From a bacterium (lineage in GTDB: Bacteria; Ratteibacteria; UBA8468; B48-G9; JAFGKM01), in the NCBI GenBank assembly GCA_035370465.1, contig DAOOVW010000002.1, forward strand, positions 12,939 to 69,189: 56,251 bases of DNA, written 5' to 3'. This document shows positions 39,858 through 48,116 of the stretch, piece after piece. Both the position numbers and the translations under genes were made by a program. The stretch's first letter is position 1; each line of letters starts with the position of its first letter. Below the pieces are notes generated by a model that had not been told where the DNA came from, made no database searches, and saw only the letters and a list, made by a program, of their open reading frames with translations.

Positions 39858-41337
39858 CGCTTGAAGAATTACAAATAAAAGATGATTCTGGTAAGTTTCT
39901 TTTATGGTAATACTTTTTATTTAGAATTTCAAGTGTTTTTTCTGCTTCTTTTTCTTCAACTAAAACTAAAACACATCCCCCAAGCCCTGCTCCTGTTAAT
40001 TTTGCTCCTTTTACTCCATTGATTTTTTTAGTAGTATCTACAATAAAATCTAATTCTGGAGTGCTACATCTATATCCACCTGGCTGGTTATAGATTTTTG
40101 CCTCTTCTTTTCCTTTTTTTAAATCAGATATTAACTTTAAAAGATACTTATCTGTTACTCTATAATCCCATTTTTCTATTTTATTATTGTCTAAATGTTT
40201 TACAACTCTATCACCGTCATGTGAAATAAACATTAACTTCCCAAATTTTTCTATTTCATTGTTTTTTAAAAAATATTCACATATCCTTGCTCTTTCACAT
40301 TCACTTATTCCATACATCAAAATATCTCTTAATCTATAACCTTTTTCAGGAGGTATATGCGTCTCAAATAGTACTCCAAGATTTTCTTCAGGCAATAATT
40401 TACAAATTTCTTCTCTTTTAGAAATTTCAGGAATTGAAAGCAAAATTTTATATACATTTTCCTCACTTTTGAGTATTTCTGGATTTACATCTCTTAAATG
40501 CACCAATTTGTTCTTTAATTCAGGAAAATTTTTCTTTATTAACTTAAAGCCTATTTCATAAGATGCTATTCTTTCATTAAATATATTTTTAGCATCTGTA
40601 GATTTTTTTGCTTCTATTAGTGAGTTACAACATATTACTTTATAATTTTCAGGAAAGGGTAGATATTTACTTGTAAAAGGGAAAAATCTTAAATGGACTA
40701 TCTGCCCCTTTTTACCAAAAATCATTGCTGCATGGTCTCCACTTCCACCTCTTGTACCTACATACCATTCTGCTTCTCCACACATTTCAACAAGTTTTTC
40801 TTTTTCAATATCTATATTATTAATTTTACAGGCACAAAGCATTGTTGCCACAACTAAAGCAGAAGATGAACTTAAACCTGCCCCGATAGGAATTTCACCA
40901 TAATAGAAAAGATTAAACCCTTTTAACGGAATTTCAGGAAATTTATTTTGAAGATATAAAATAGGTGCCTTTACATAATTTATCCAATCACCAGGAGTAA
41001 TTTTAATTTTCCTTATAAAATCAATCCAGTTAATCTTTTTGGCTGGTAATTCATTTTTTATATCAAATTCTCTTGGTGGATATTTTTCGCTTTCTAAATT
41101 ATAGGAAATTACTTTACTATCATTTCTCTTTCCTGCTACACAAAACAGTTCTTTGTCAATAGTTAAGTAATTTGTATAACCCCCTCTATGGTCAATATGC
41201 GTACCTAAAAGGTTAATTCTTGCAGGAACTTTCAGAATATCAATATCCTCATCATTAAACTTCTTGATGTATGACGCAATAAGTTTCTTTAAGCATTCAT
41301 TATTTTCAATCCCGTTTAACTTTTTTGATGCTATCAT
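39841..41337 (-). CDS. Galactokinase-family GHMP sugar kinase (long, 498 aa)
   Basis: PARINLLGTHIDHRGGY (galactokinase signature), GAGLSSSSALVVA (GHMP ATP motif) and TGAGLGGCVLVL. Its start directly abuts the SDR stop. Confidence 0.75.
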   Translation of the reverse strand: MIASKKLNGIENNECLKKLIASYIKKFNDEDIDILKVPARINLLGTHIDHRGGYTNYLTIDKELFCVAGKRNDSKVISYNLESEKYPPREFDIKNELPAKKINWIDFIRKIKITPGDWINYVKAPILYLQNKFPEIPLKGFNLFYYGEIPIGAGLSSSSALVVATMLCACKINNIDIEKEKLVEMCGEAEWYVGTRGGSGDHAAMIFGKKGQIVHLRFFPFTSKYLPFPENYKVICCNSLIEAKKSTDAKNIFNERIASYEIGFKLIKKNFPELKNKLVHLRDVNPEILKSEENVYKILLSIPEISKREEICKLLPEENLGVLFETHIPPEKGYRLRDILMYGISECERARICEYFLKNNEIEKFGKLMFISHDGDRVVKHLDNNKIEKWDYRVTDKYLLKLISDLKKGKEEAKIYNQPGGYRCSTPELDFIVDTTKKINGVKGAKLTGAGLGGCVLVLVEEKEAEKTLEILNKKYYHKRNLPESSFICNSSSGAEFI

Positions 41338-42162
41338 TTAGACACCTGAAAAAGCATTAAAACCACCATCTATTGGGACAACAATTCCTGTCACAAATTT
41401 TGATGCATTTGAAGATAGATATATACAAATACCTATCAGTTCATCAGGATTTCCCATCCTTCCCATTGGTGTATGTGAAATTATTGTTTTTCCTCTTGGT
41501 GAAAGGTTTCCATTTTCATCTAAAAGTAAATATCTATTCTGCTGAGTAAGAAAAAAACCAGGTGCAATAGCATTAACTCTTAGATTTTTGTTATATTCAA
41601 AAGCAAAATGTGCTGCAAGCCATTGTGTAAAATTACTTACTGCTGCTTTTGCAGCAGAATAACCAGGAATTTTTGTTAAAGGCCTGAAAGCATTCATTGA
41701 TGATATATTTATAATTGAACCTCCCTCTTTATTCTTTACCATTTCTTTCCCAAATACCTGTGCTGGTAAAATTGCTCCACCAAAAAGGTTAAGAATAAGA
41801 ACCTTTTCAAGAGCAGAAAGAGGTAGGTCAAAAAAGGATAAGTCATCTGATGTTGTTGCCTCTTTCATATTTCCACCTGCTGCATTAACAAGAACATCAA
41901 TCCTGCCATATTTATCAATTACTTTTTTACATGTTTTTTCAATTTCATCTTTCTTCAAAACATCAATATACATACTATCTACTTCAATCCCTTCTTTCTT
42001 GAATTCTTCTCTTTTTTCCTCAAATCCTTTAATATCACAAATAATAACCTTTGCTCCACTTTTTGAAAAACCTTTTGCAATTTCTCCACCAAGAATGCCA
42101 CATCCACCTGGTATTACAACAACTTTGTTTTCTACTGAAAATAATTTTTCTACAAATTTCAT
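41338..42162 (-). CDS. Short-chain dehydrogenase/reductase (SDR) family oxidoreductase
   Basis: VVVIPGGCGILGGEI (TGxxxGxG-like), NAAGG, and SSM...YSAAKAAV (catalytic Y-x-x-x-K). I prefer the ATG at 42162 (AAAAAGGAGAAG upstream) over the listed 42249 start. Confidence 0.85.
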   Translation of the reverse strand: MKFVEKLFSVENKVVVIPGGCGILGGEIAKGFSKSGAKVIICDIKGFEEKREEFKKEGIEVDSMYIDVLKKDEIEKTCKKVIDKYGRIDVLVNAAGGNMKEATTSDDLSFFDLPLSALEKVLILNLFGGAILPAQVFGKEMVKNKEGGSIINISSMNAFRPLTKIPGYSAAKAAVSNFTQWLAAHFAFEYNKNLRVNAIAPGFFLTQQNRYLLLDENGNLSPRGKTIISHTPMGRMGNPDELIGICIYLSSNASKFVTGIVVPIDGGFNAFSGV

Positions 42163-42176
42163 TTTCTTCTCCTTTT

Positions 42177-42206
42177 TATATAACTGCGGGGGTTGAACTT
42201 TTGTTT
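42177..42206. repeat. 30-bp perfect direct repeat, copy 1 (TATATAACTGCGGGGGTTGAACTTTTGTTT)
   Basis: Identical 30-mer to 45824..45853. It is GC-rich relative to the surroundings and lies just upstream of the SDR start. Confidence 0.9.
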
Positions 42207-42220
42207 TAATTACTAAAATT

Positions 42221-42249
42221 ATTTTAAACCCTATTTTTTTTGATATCAA
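42221..42249 (-). promoter_or_regulatory. Candidate sigma-70 promoter of the SDR-to-gnd operon
   Basis: On the minus strand: TTGATA (42249-42244), a 17-nt spacer, then TAAAAT (42226-42221). Such matches are common by chance in AT-rich DNA. Confidence 0.3.
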
Positions 42250-42378
42250 ATTTTTTTCACAAGCAAAAAAGTAACTTATTTATTTTTTCTTCTGTTGATA
42301 ATTTTCTATTATTATATCTCCAAATATTGGTGATAAATAAAGATGCCTTTTTCTTCACAACTTTATCCTTTTATAAAA

Positions 42379-43230
42379 TTATTTTTTATGTATCTCAAAG
42401 GTAGTTCCTGTTGTTAAGTCAGATACAACGGTCCCCGGTAAAAATTCAATTTTTGTTTCTTCTTCTGAAATAGCTTTCCCTACTGAAATCTCCTCTACTT
42501 TCCAAATATTTTTTATCAATCCTTCAGGAGTCTTTCCTTCTGTTATCATCTTCATCGGAAACCAACAATCCTTACATACTTCTTTGTAGTCAAAGAATTC
42601 AACAGTATCTTCAATTTTGTTGTTCACGGTTCTTTCTATTAACACTGGACAGAATCCTATATCTTGTCCTAACCAAATGTTATAGCAAATGTCTCCTTCG
42701 CTTATTTTTACTAACCAACATTTATGTCCATCTATAACTTTTTGTTCTCTTGTAACTTTCCCTTTTTCTAAAGCATCATAAAGGAAATAAGAATTCTTCA
42801 AAAAAATTGGGCAATATGTCGTCTCTAATTTTATACCACTTAAGATCGGCCCCAATCCCATATCAATCTCACCGAATTTCTTATCACTTTGGGAAATGCT
42901 AATTTCCTTCCGAGTGCCAGAATTTCTTTCATACTTTCCTTTATATGTAAATTTCAATTCTTTTCCTTCAAAATGTTTGGTTTCCATAAAAAAACAATTT
43001 GGAGTTCGAACATACTGGGATATTATTTCCGAATTTTCTTTTTCGACATCTGTCAGAATTGTAATTTGACATTTCACTTTTAAAGCAGGATAACTCAAAT
43101 TTTCTTGATTTTTCAAAGATGCCTTTATAAATTCTATAGTTGGAATTTCTTCTGCTTGTAATATACTTCCTGTTAAACCACAAATTATTAAAAACATTAA
43201 AACCAATTTTATATTTAATTTTTTTAACAT
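42379..43230 (-). CDS. Secreted LolA/RseB-like (outer-membrane lipoprotein-sorting-like) protein, paralog 1
   Basis: N-terminal signal peptide (KLVLMFLIICGLTGSILQA). The C-terminal FLPGTVVSDLTTG resembles the C-terminal F.F.PP.GV.V.D of LolA. It is a paralog of the next two genes. Confidence 0.4.
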   Translation of the reverse strand: MLKKLNIKLVLMFLIICGLTGSILQAEEIPTIEFIKASLKNQENLSYPALKVKCQITILTDVEKENSEIISQYVRTPNCFFMETKHFEGKELKFTYKGKYERNSGTRKEISISQSDKKFGEIDMGLGPILSGIKLETTYCPIFLKNSYFLYDALEKGKVTREQKVIDGHKCWLVKISEGDICYNIWLGQDIGFCPVLIERTVNNKIEDTVEFFDYKEVCKDCWFPMKMITEGKTPEGLIKNIWKVEEISVGKAISEEETKIEFLPGTVVSDLTTGTTFEIHKK

Positions 43231-43250
43231 ATTTTTTTTCTCCTCGTATA

Positions 43251-44168
43251 TCAGTTCTTTTCAGGCACAGTAAAAGAAATCCCTGTCCTTTCATCATAAA
43301 CTTGTGTGCCAGGTGGAAAAGTTAAATTAAATTCTTCATCTTTTATCCCTTGGTTAACTTTTATATTAGAATATACCATTTTACCTTCTGCACTGATTTT
43401 TTTGGAAGAAGGATCATACCATTTTATAGAAACTCCTCCTGGGAACCATATATCTTTGTCTATACTAAATTTTTCAAAATTAATAGGACCTACACTTATT
43501 ATTAAATCTTCCTGTCTGTATATTTCAATTTTTTTAGGCAAAAAACCTTCTTCCACAGAGAACCATATTTTATATCCTAAATAGGAATAATCATCCTTGC
43601 CATATCCTTTGAACTCTTTAAATCCAAAACTTGGAACTTCTACTACAAAACATTTACTCCCAGCAAAATATTCAGAATTAGATAGTATTTTTAATTTTTC
43701 ATTTTGGAGAATTTCTTCCAAAGTAATACCCACAGGCCACAGATGAAATAGAATGGATGAAGGAACCCAAGTCGGTCTAATTTTTAGTTGAATATAATAA
43801 GGTGAATATCCCATAGTAACTGATGCAATTTTACCTTTCTCAAAGTTTATTATATAAGTGTTTTCAGGAGTGTAAATATAAATAATTTCATTTATATTTT
43901 TTGATTCATCCACTGCTTTAAGAAAAACTTTTTCTTTGCCATCTTTATAAAACCATTTTCCGCTTTTTATTTCCTTGCTATTTTTATAAGTTAGTTCAAA
44001 TTCTACCGATGCATCTTGTATAAGAGACAGGTTATACCTAATTCCTTGTAAAACAAATTCTAATTCATCTTTTGGCTCACAAAATACAAAGTTAGTTTTG
44101 GTAATACAAGCATTTTGTAATACAAATACCAATATACTCAGAAAAATAATTTTTTTTATTTTGTCCAT
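43251..44168 (-). CDS. Secreted LolA/RseB-like protein, paralog 2
   Basis: Signal peptide MDKIKKIIFLSILVFVLQNAC and C-terminal FNLTFPPGTQVYDERTG. I prefer the ATG at 44168 (GGAGGG upstream) over the listed TTG at 44201, which lies inside the repeat arm. Confidence 0.4.
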   Translation of the reverse strand: MDKIKKIIFLSILVFVLQNACITKTNFVFCEPKDELEFVLQGIRYNLSLIQDASVEFELTYKNSKEIKSGKWFYKDGKEKVFLKAVDESKNINEIIYIYTPENTYIINFEKGKIASVTMGYSPYYIQLKIRPTWVPSSILFHLWPVGITLEEILQNEKLKILSNSEYFAGSKCFVVEVPSFGFKEFKGYGKDDYSYLGYKIWFSVEEGFLPKKIEIYRQEDLIISVGPINFEKFSIDKDIWFPGGVSIKWYDPSSKKISAEGKMVYSNIKVNQGIKDEEFNLTFPPGTQVYDERTGISFTVPEKN

Positions 44169-44195
44169 TTTCCCTCCTATGTTAAAAGAGGGTAC

Positions 44196-44598
44196 TGCCA
44201 AAATTGGCTAATTAAATTCACTCCTCACTTTCTCACAAAGACAAATGAAATGTGAAAAGTGAGATGTGAGAAGTAGAAATCCCGTAAGCGTAACTTATCG
44301 CTTCGGCGTAGGGATGGTCTGTAAGCAAAACTCTAAACCCTTCTGTGTAAGACAATCCACCCCTGCCCTCCTCCTCTACTAAAACATTGGCGGACATGTT
44401 TTTTAAAGGAGGGAGAGTATTTTCCCCCTTTAGTAAACCGACTAAAGTTGCAAAGTTTAGCACACAGAGTTGGTGCTGTAATGTATTTCAATAGGCACAA
44501 CGGGGATGAAGGAGGATTTTGAGAGGGATCTAACAAGCACAACGGGGTAGGGAGATTTTTATTTTTCATCTCTCTTTTATCTATTTTTTGACACTACC
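44196..44598 (-). repeat. Composite modular repeat, copy C (R arm + 40-nt hairpin module + 1 core + partial core + L arm)
   Basis: TGCCAAAATT at 44196 is the R-arm end on the minus strand. Hairpin module AAATCCCGTAAGCG..GCGTAGGGATGG at 44278-44317. Core at about 44351-44520. An extra partial GCACAACGGGG box at about 44537-44548. L arm CTATTTTTTGACACTACC at 44581-44598. Confidence 0.9.
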
Positions 44599-44793
44599 TG
44601 GGTCACAACCATAACATTTACTTTTAAAAAGATGTCCCGGACAACTAAAGTAATTATTTATATGATACCATTCTGTGAATCCTTCCAAAAATGTTTTCAC
44701 TACAGTATTATATACCCCTTCTGGATATTTTTTTAAATACTCTTCCCATATTTTCTTTGCTTGTTCTTGACTTTTGTTTTCTTTATACATCAT
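44581..44793 (-). CDS. Small hypothetical protein (70 aa); doubtful
   Basis: ORF only, with no recognisable family. Its last five codons and stop (GGT AGT GTC AAA AAA TAG) are supplied by the L arm of repeat copy C. Confidence 0.25.
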   Translation of the reverse strand: MMYKENKSQEQAKKIWEEYLKKYPEGVYNTVVKTFLEGFTEWYHINNYFSCPGHLFKSKCYGCDPGSVKK

Positions 44794-44833
44794 CCATAAA
44801 AAATAACAATTTTCTCATTTGTTCCCTTTTATA

Positions 44834-45737
44834 TTATTTCTTTTCAGGCACGGTAAATATAGTATTAGTTATCCTATCATATACATTCATTCCAGGTTGA
44901 AATTCAGGTTCAAAAATTTTGTCAGAAATTTCGTTATTTACTTTTATGTTCGTATATTCTATTTCTACAACTGCATTTTTTTCTCCTTTAATATCAGTAT
45001 ATCCAATAAATTTTTGTGGAAACCATATATCACCTATTTTTGTATATGATATTATAGAAACTATTGTTGTAGTGGAACCTATTTTTGTTTCTATTTTTGC
45101 TGATAAAAAATTCTCTTCTGAAATCCAAAATGTATAGTCGATGTTTTTATAATCAGAAGGACGGTAAACCAAAGGATAACATTTTTGGTTATTAACATAT
45201 TCAACCTTTTTCAATTCTATCTTCCCGGAAGAAAAAATTTTTTTTAACAGATACACCTGGCCAAAAATGAAAAAGTACAGAAGAAGGAGGAGTAACAGAA
45301 TATATACCTAAATTTTGTATTCCAACAGGAGTAATCAGTATTTGTTTATCTTGTATTTCTACATATTTTTCTCCATCACAATAAATTTTGCCTTGTCCTT
45401 TTTCATATGTTTTCTTAATGTACTCTACAACTTCTTTGCCTCTCTTATATTTCCAGAAACAGTTATATGTTTCTTTTTTTTCTTTTGTGTATGGAACTTT
45501 TTCATAGTCCTCCTTTTTAAAAAACCCTGATTTTGAAACAGAGGGAGGATGTTCATACCATTTCTGTTCTTGTTTTATTGTATAATTGCACTCTCCTGAT
45601 CGAATCATCTCAACAGCATATTCCCACCCTTTTAAAACAAACTCTTTTTTACTATTCTCTTGGCACCATCCTATGTTATTAGACAAAATATACCCTATCG
45701 GCACTATCCACATAACTATTTTTATTATTTTTGACAT
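44834..45737 (-). pseudogene. LolA/RseB-like paralog 3, disrupted by a frameshift in an A8 tract
   Basis: ORFs 45201..45788 and 44834..45256 overlap and together align with paralog 2 (LFHFWPGVSVKK | IFSSGKIELKKVEYVNNQKCYPL against LFHLWPVGITLEEILQNEKLKILSNSEYFAGSKCFVV). The frames switch at T8 on the plus strand (45238-45245), which is A8 in the coding sense. The likely true start is the ATG at 45737 (MSKIIKIVMW...). Confidence 0.65.
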
Positions 45738-45823
45738 TTTAAGTGTCCTTTTTATCTTAATTCTTTTTATTTTGGCATTGTGGTGCATAACCGCAAGAAG
45801 GATAGTCTTTACTTAAAATAACT

Positions 45824-45853
45824 TATATAACTGCGGGGGTTGAACTTTTGTTT
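45824..45853. repeat. 30-bp perfect direct repeat, copy 2
   Basis: Identical to 42177..42206. Here it forms the left half of the hairpin AACTGCGGGGG / CCCCCGCAGTT. Confidence 0.9.
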
Positions 45854-45866
45854 ACCCCCCGCAGTT
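45829..45866 (-). terminator. Hairpin downstream of iolB (probable terminator)
   Basis: An 11-bp GC-rich stem (45829-45839 / 45856-45866) starts 10 nt after the iolB stop. The minus-strand tail ATATAAGTTATTTTA is only moderately U-rich. Confidence 0.45.
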
Positions 45867-45875
45867 GAATTTAGG

Positions 45876-46646
45876 TTAAAAGGAAAAATCAGGGTGTGTA
45901 AAAGAAATTAGTTTTTTTGTATTTCCACATAAAACCCATAAATAATAAATTTGAAACTTTGGAGCAACTGCAACTGGATGATAGCCCTTAGGTATTGTAA
46001 TAACTTCATCATTTTTCACTACAAATATATTATCCTCTGTTTCATCAAATATCCTCATAACTCCAAAGCCACTTTTAGGCTTTATCTTAAAGAAATATAG
46101 TTCTTCAAGTTTTGTTTCAACTGGTGGATTATCTTTATCGTGTTTGTGTGGGGGATAACTTGACCAGTTTCCAGGGTCATTTATTGTTTCTCCAAGCAGT
46201 AATCTCTCAGAAGAAGATTCCTCAGTTAATATATCTGTTATATTTCTAAAATATACTTCTTCCCCTACCCTTCTGAACTTAACATTTTTTTTATCAATAA
46301 ATAAAGGAGTTCCTTTTCCCGTTGCTAAACAACTTAATACACAAATCTCTGTCTTGCCTATAAATTCAATTCTATATTCAAGAAAGGGAGGAAGATAAAC
46401 TGCAACAGGTGGTTCATCAAAAACATTTGTTCTTTTCATTTTTCCAAATAATTTATTTTCTAAAAAGAAATTGCAGTTTCCTTCAGTTATAACAAAAACT
46501 GTTTCATTTTTCTTTGTATTATCTTTAAATATTTCACCCTCTGAAAATCGAATTATCCCACAATTTAAAAACTCTAAATCACTTGTTTCAGGTGTAATTA
46601 TTTGTTGATAACCTTCAATTTTTTCAATTTTATAATGTTGTGCCAC
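45876..46646 (-). CDS. iolB: 5-deoxy-glucuronate isomerase (KduI/IolB family)
   Basis: GNWSSYPPHKHD..........LEELYFFKI.P..GFGVMRIF......D....V.NDEVITIPKGYHPVAVAP.FQIYYLWVLCG matches the IolB signature region. GTG start after AAGGAGGG. Confidence 0.75.
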   Translation of the reverse strand: MAQHYKIEKIEGYQQIITPETSDLEFLNCGIIRFSEGEIFKDNTKKNETVFVITEGNCNFFLENKLFGKMKRTNVFDEPPVAVYLPPFLEYRIEFIGKTEICVLSCLATGKGTPLFIDKKNVKFRRVGEEVYFRNITDILTEESSSERLLLGETINDPGNWSSYPPHKHDKDNPPVETKLEELYFFKIKPKSGFGVMRIFDETEDNIFVVKNDEVITIPKGYHPVAVAPKFQIYYLWVLCGNTKKLISFTHPDFSF

Positions 46647-46691
46647 CTTATCCCTCCTTGTATTTTTCTTTTATATAAAATACCATTTAAT

Positions 46692-48116
46692 CTAAACTAT
46701 TTCAATTGAATAATACCCATTTAATTGATAAGTTGCTTCTATCAATATTCTGCCTTTTTGAGTTAAAGAATTGAATAAATTATTTTTAAAAATAAATTCA
46801 TGAAATTCTGGATGAACTTTTACTTTTATTCTCTTTTCACCTTTTCTAAAAAGTAAATTATAGATATTTTCTTCTAATTCAATAAAAATCATATTAAAAT
46901 TTTTTACATAGCCAGTTGCTTTACATATTTGACACTCATCATAAAAAAACTCCTTTAAACTTATTCCTGTCCTTTTTCTACTCATTTCAATTAATCCTAA
47001 GGATGAAAGAGAAAGCAATTTAACTTTTTCATCTCCAAGAAATTTTTTAAAGTTTTCAAAAATTTTCTTTTTCTTCTCCTGTCCTTTTATATCTATAAAA
47101 TCAATTATTATAAGACCTGAAAGATTTCTTACCCTTATTTGCCTTGGAATTTCCATTGCTGCTTCAATATCTGTATTATAAATTGTCTCTGAATAACTTT
47201 TACTTTCAAAACTTCCTGTGTTAACATCAATTGCTGTTAAAGTACTTCCTTCTTCAATAAGTAAATAACCACCTGATGGTAAATAAGCTTTCTCATTGAG
47301 AAAATTCAATATTTTTTTGTTCAAATCAAATTTTTCAAATAGAGGGATATCATAATTATAAAACTTTAGTTTCCTTATAAATTCAGGACACCATTTTTTT
47401 ATATACACTTTAATATCATTATAAAATTTTTCTCCTTCAACTATTATTTCTTCTGTCTTTTCATTTACGAAATCTCTTATTATTCTTGTATGTAACGGTA
47501 ACTCTTGCCAGAGTGAATATGGAGCATGAAATTTTTTGTCTAATTTTTTTATTCTTTTCCACTCATTATATAAATATTTTGCTTCGTTAACAATGTATCT
47601 GGCATCTTTGTTTTCAGCATATGTTCTTATAATAAAACCATCATTTGATGGAATATATTTCTTTACCAGTGTCATTAATCTATTTCTTTCTTTTTTATCT
47701 TTTATTTTTTTAGAAATTGTTTTTATTTTTGAATCAGGAATAAAAACGAGATACTTACCTGGTAGTGTAATCCTTGTTGTAAGTTTCATCCCTTTTAATT
47801 CCTTTCCCGGTTTAGTAACCTGAACTATTATATTTTCTCCTTCTTTATGAGTTTTTGTTTCAGGTAATAACTGACGAAAATTTTCTTCTCCAAAATATAC
47901 TTCTTTATCTCCAAAATGCAAAAAACCATTTTCTCTTTTTCCTATGTTAATAAAACTTGCATTAAGTCCCTTATGAATTTTTTCTATTTTCCCTTTATAT
48001 ATATTTCCAACAAAAATATCAGAAGGAATTTTATCAACAAAAAAATATTCAATCTGGTTATTTTCAACCAATACAACCCTTATAAAATAAGAATCACCTG
48101 TTATAATTACTTTCAT
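46692..48116 (-). CDS. rng: Ribonuclease G/E family (Rne/Rng) endoribonuclease
   Basis: N-terminal S1 domain (VGNIYKGKIEKIHKGLNASFINIG..NGFLH) and catalytic core (GGYLLIEEGSTLTAIDVNTG, GLIIIDFID). Confidence 0.85.
   Translation of the reverse strand: MKVIITGDSYFIRVVLVENNQIEYFFVDKIPSDIFVGNIYKGKIEKIHKGLNASFINIGKRENGFLHFGDKEVYFGEENFRQLLPETKTHKEGENIIVQVTKPGKELKGMKLTTRITLPGKYLVFIPDSKIKTISKKIKDKKERNRLMTLVKKYIPSNDGFIIRTYAENKDARYIVNEAKYLYNEWKRIKKLDKKFHAPYSLWQELPLHTRIIRDFVNEKTEEIIVEGEKFYNDIKVYIKKWCPEFIRKLKFYNYDIPLFEKFDLNKKILNFLNEKAYLPSGGYLLIEEGSTLTAIDVNTGSFESKSYSETIYNTDIEAAMEIPRQIRVRNLSGLIIIDFIDIKGQEKKKKIFENFKKFLGDEKVKLLSLSSLGLIEMSRKRTGISLKEFFYDECQICKATGYVKNFNMIFIELEENIYNLLFRKGEKRIKVKVHPEFHEFIFKNNLFNSLTQKGRILIEATYQLNGYYSIEIV

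Noticed and set aside
42163-42249. N-terminal 29-aa extension of the SDR ORF (listed start 42249)
   Set aside because: The extension covers the 30-bp direct repeat and a promoter-like region. The ATG at 42162 has a strong RBS and begins the canonical Rossmann fold.
44233-44569. ORFs 44233..44463 and 44333..44569 (-)
   Set aside because: They lie inside repeat copy C and overlap each other in different frames. They are repeat-derived.
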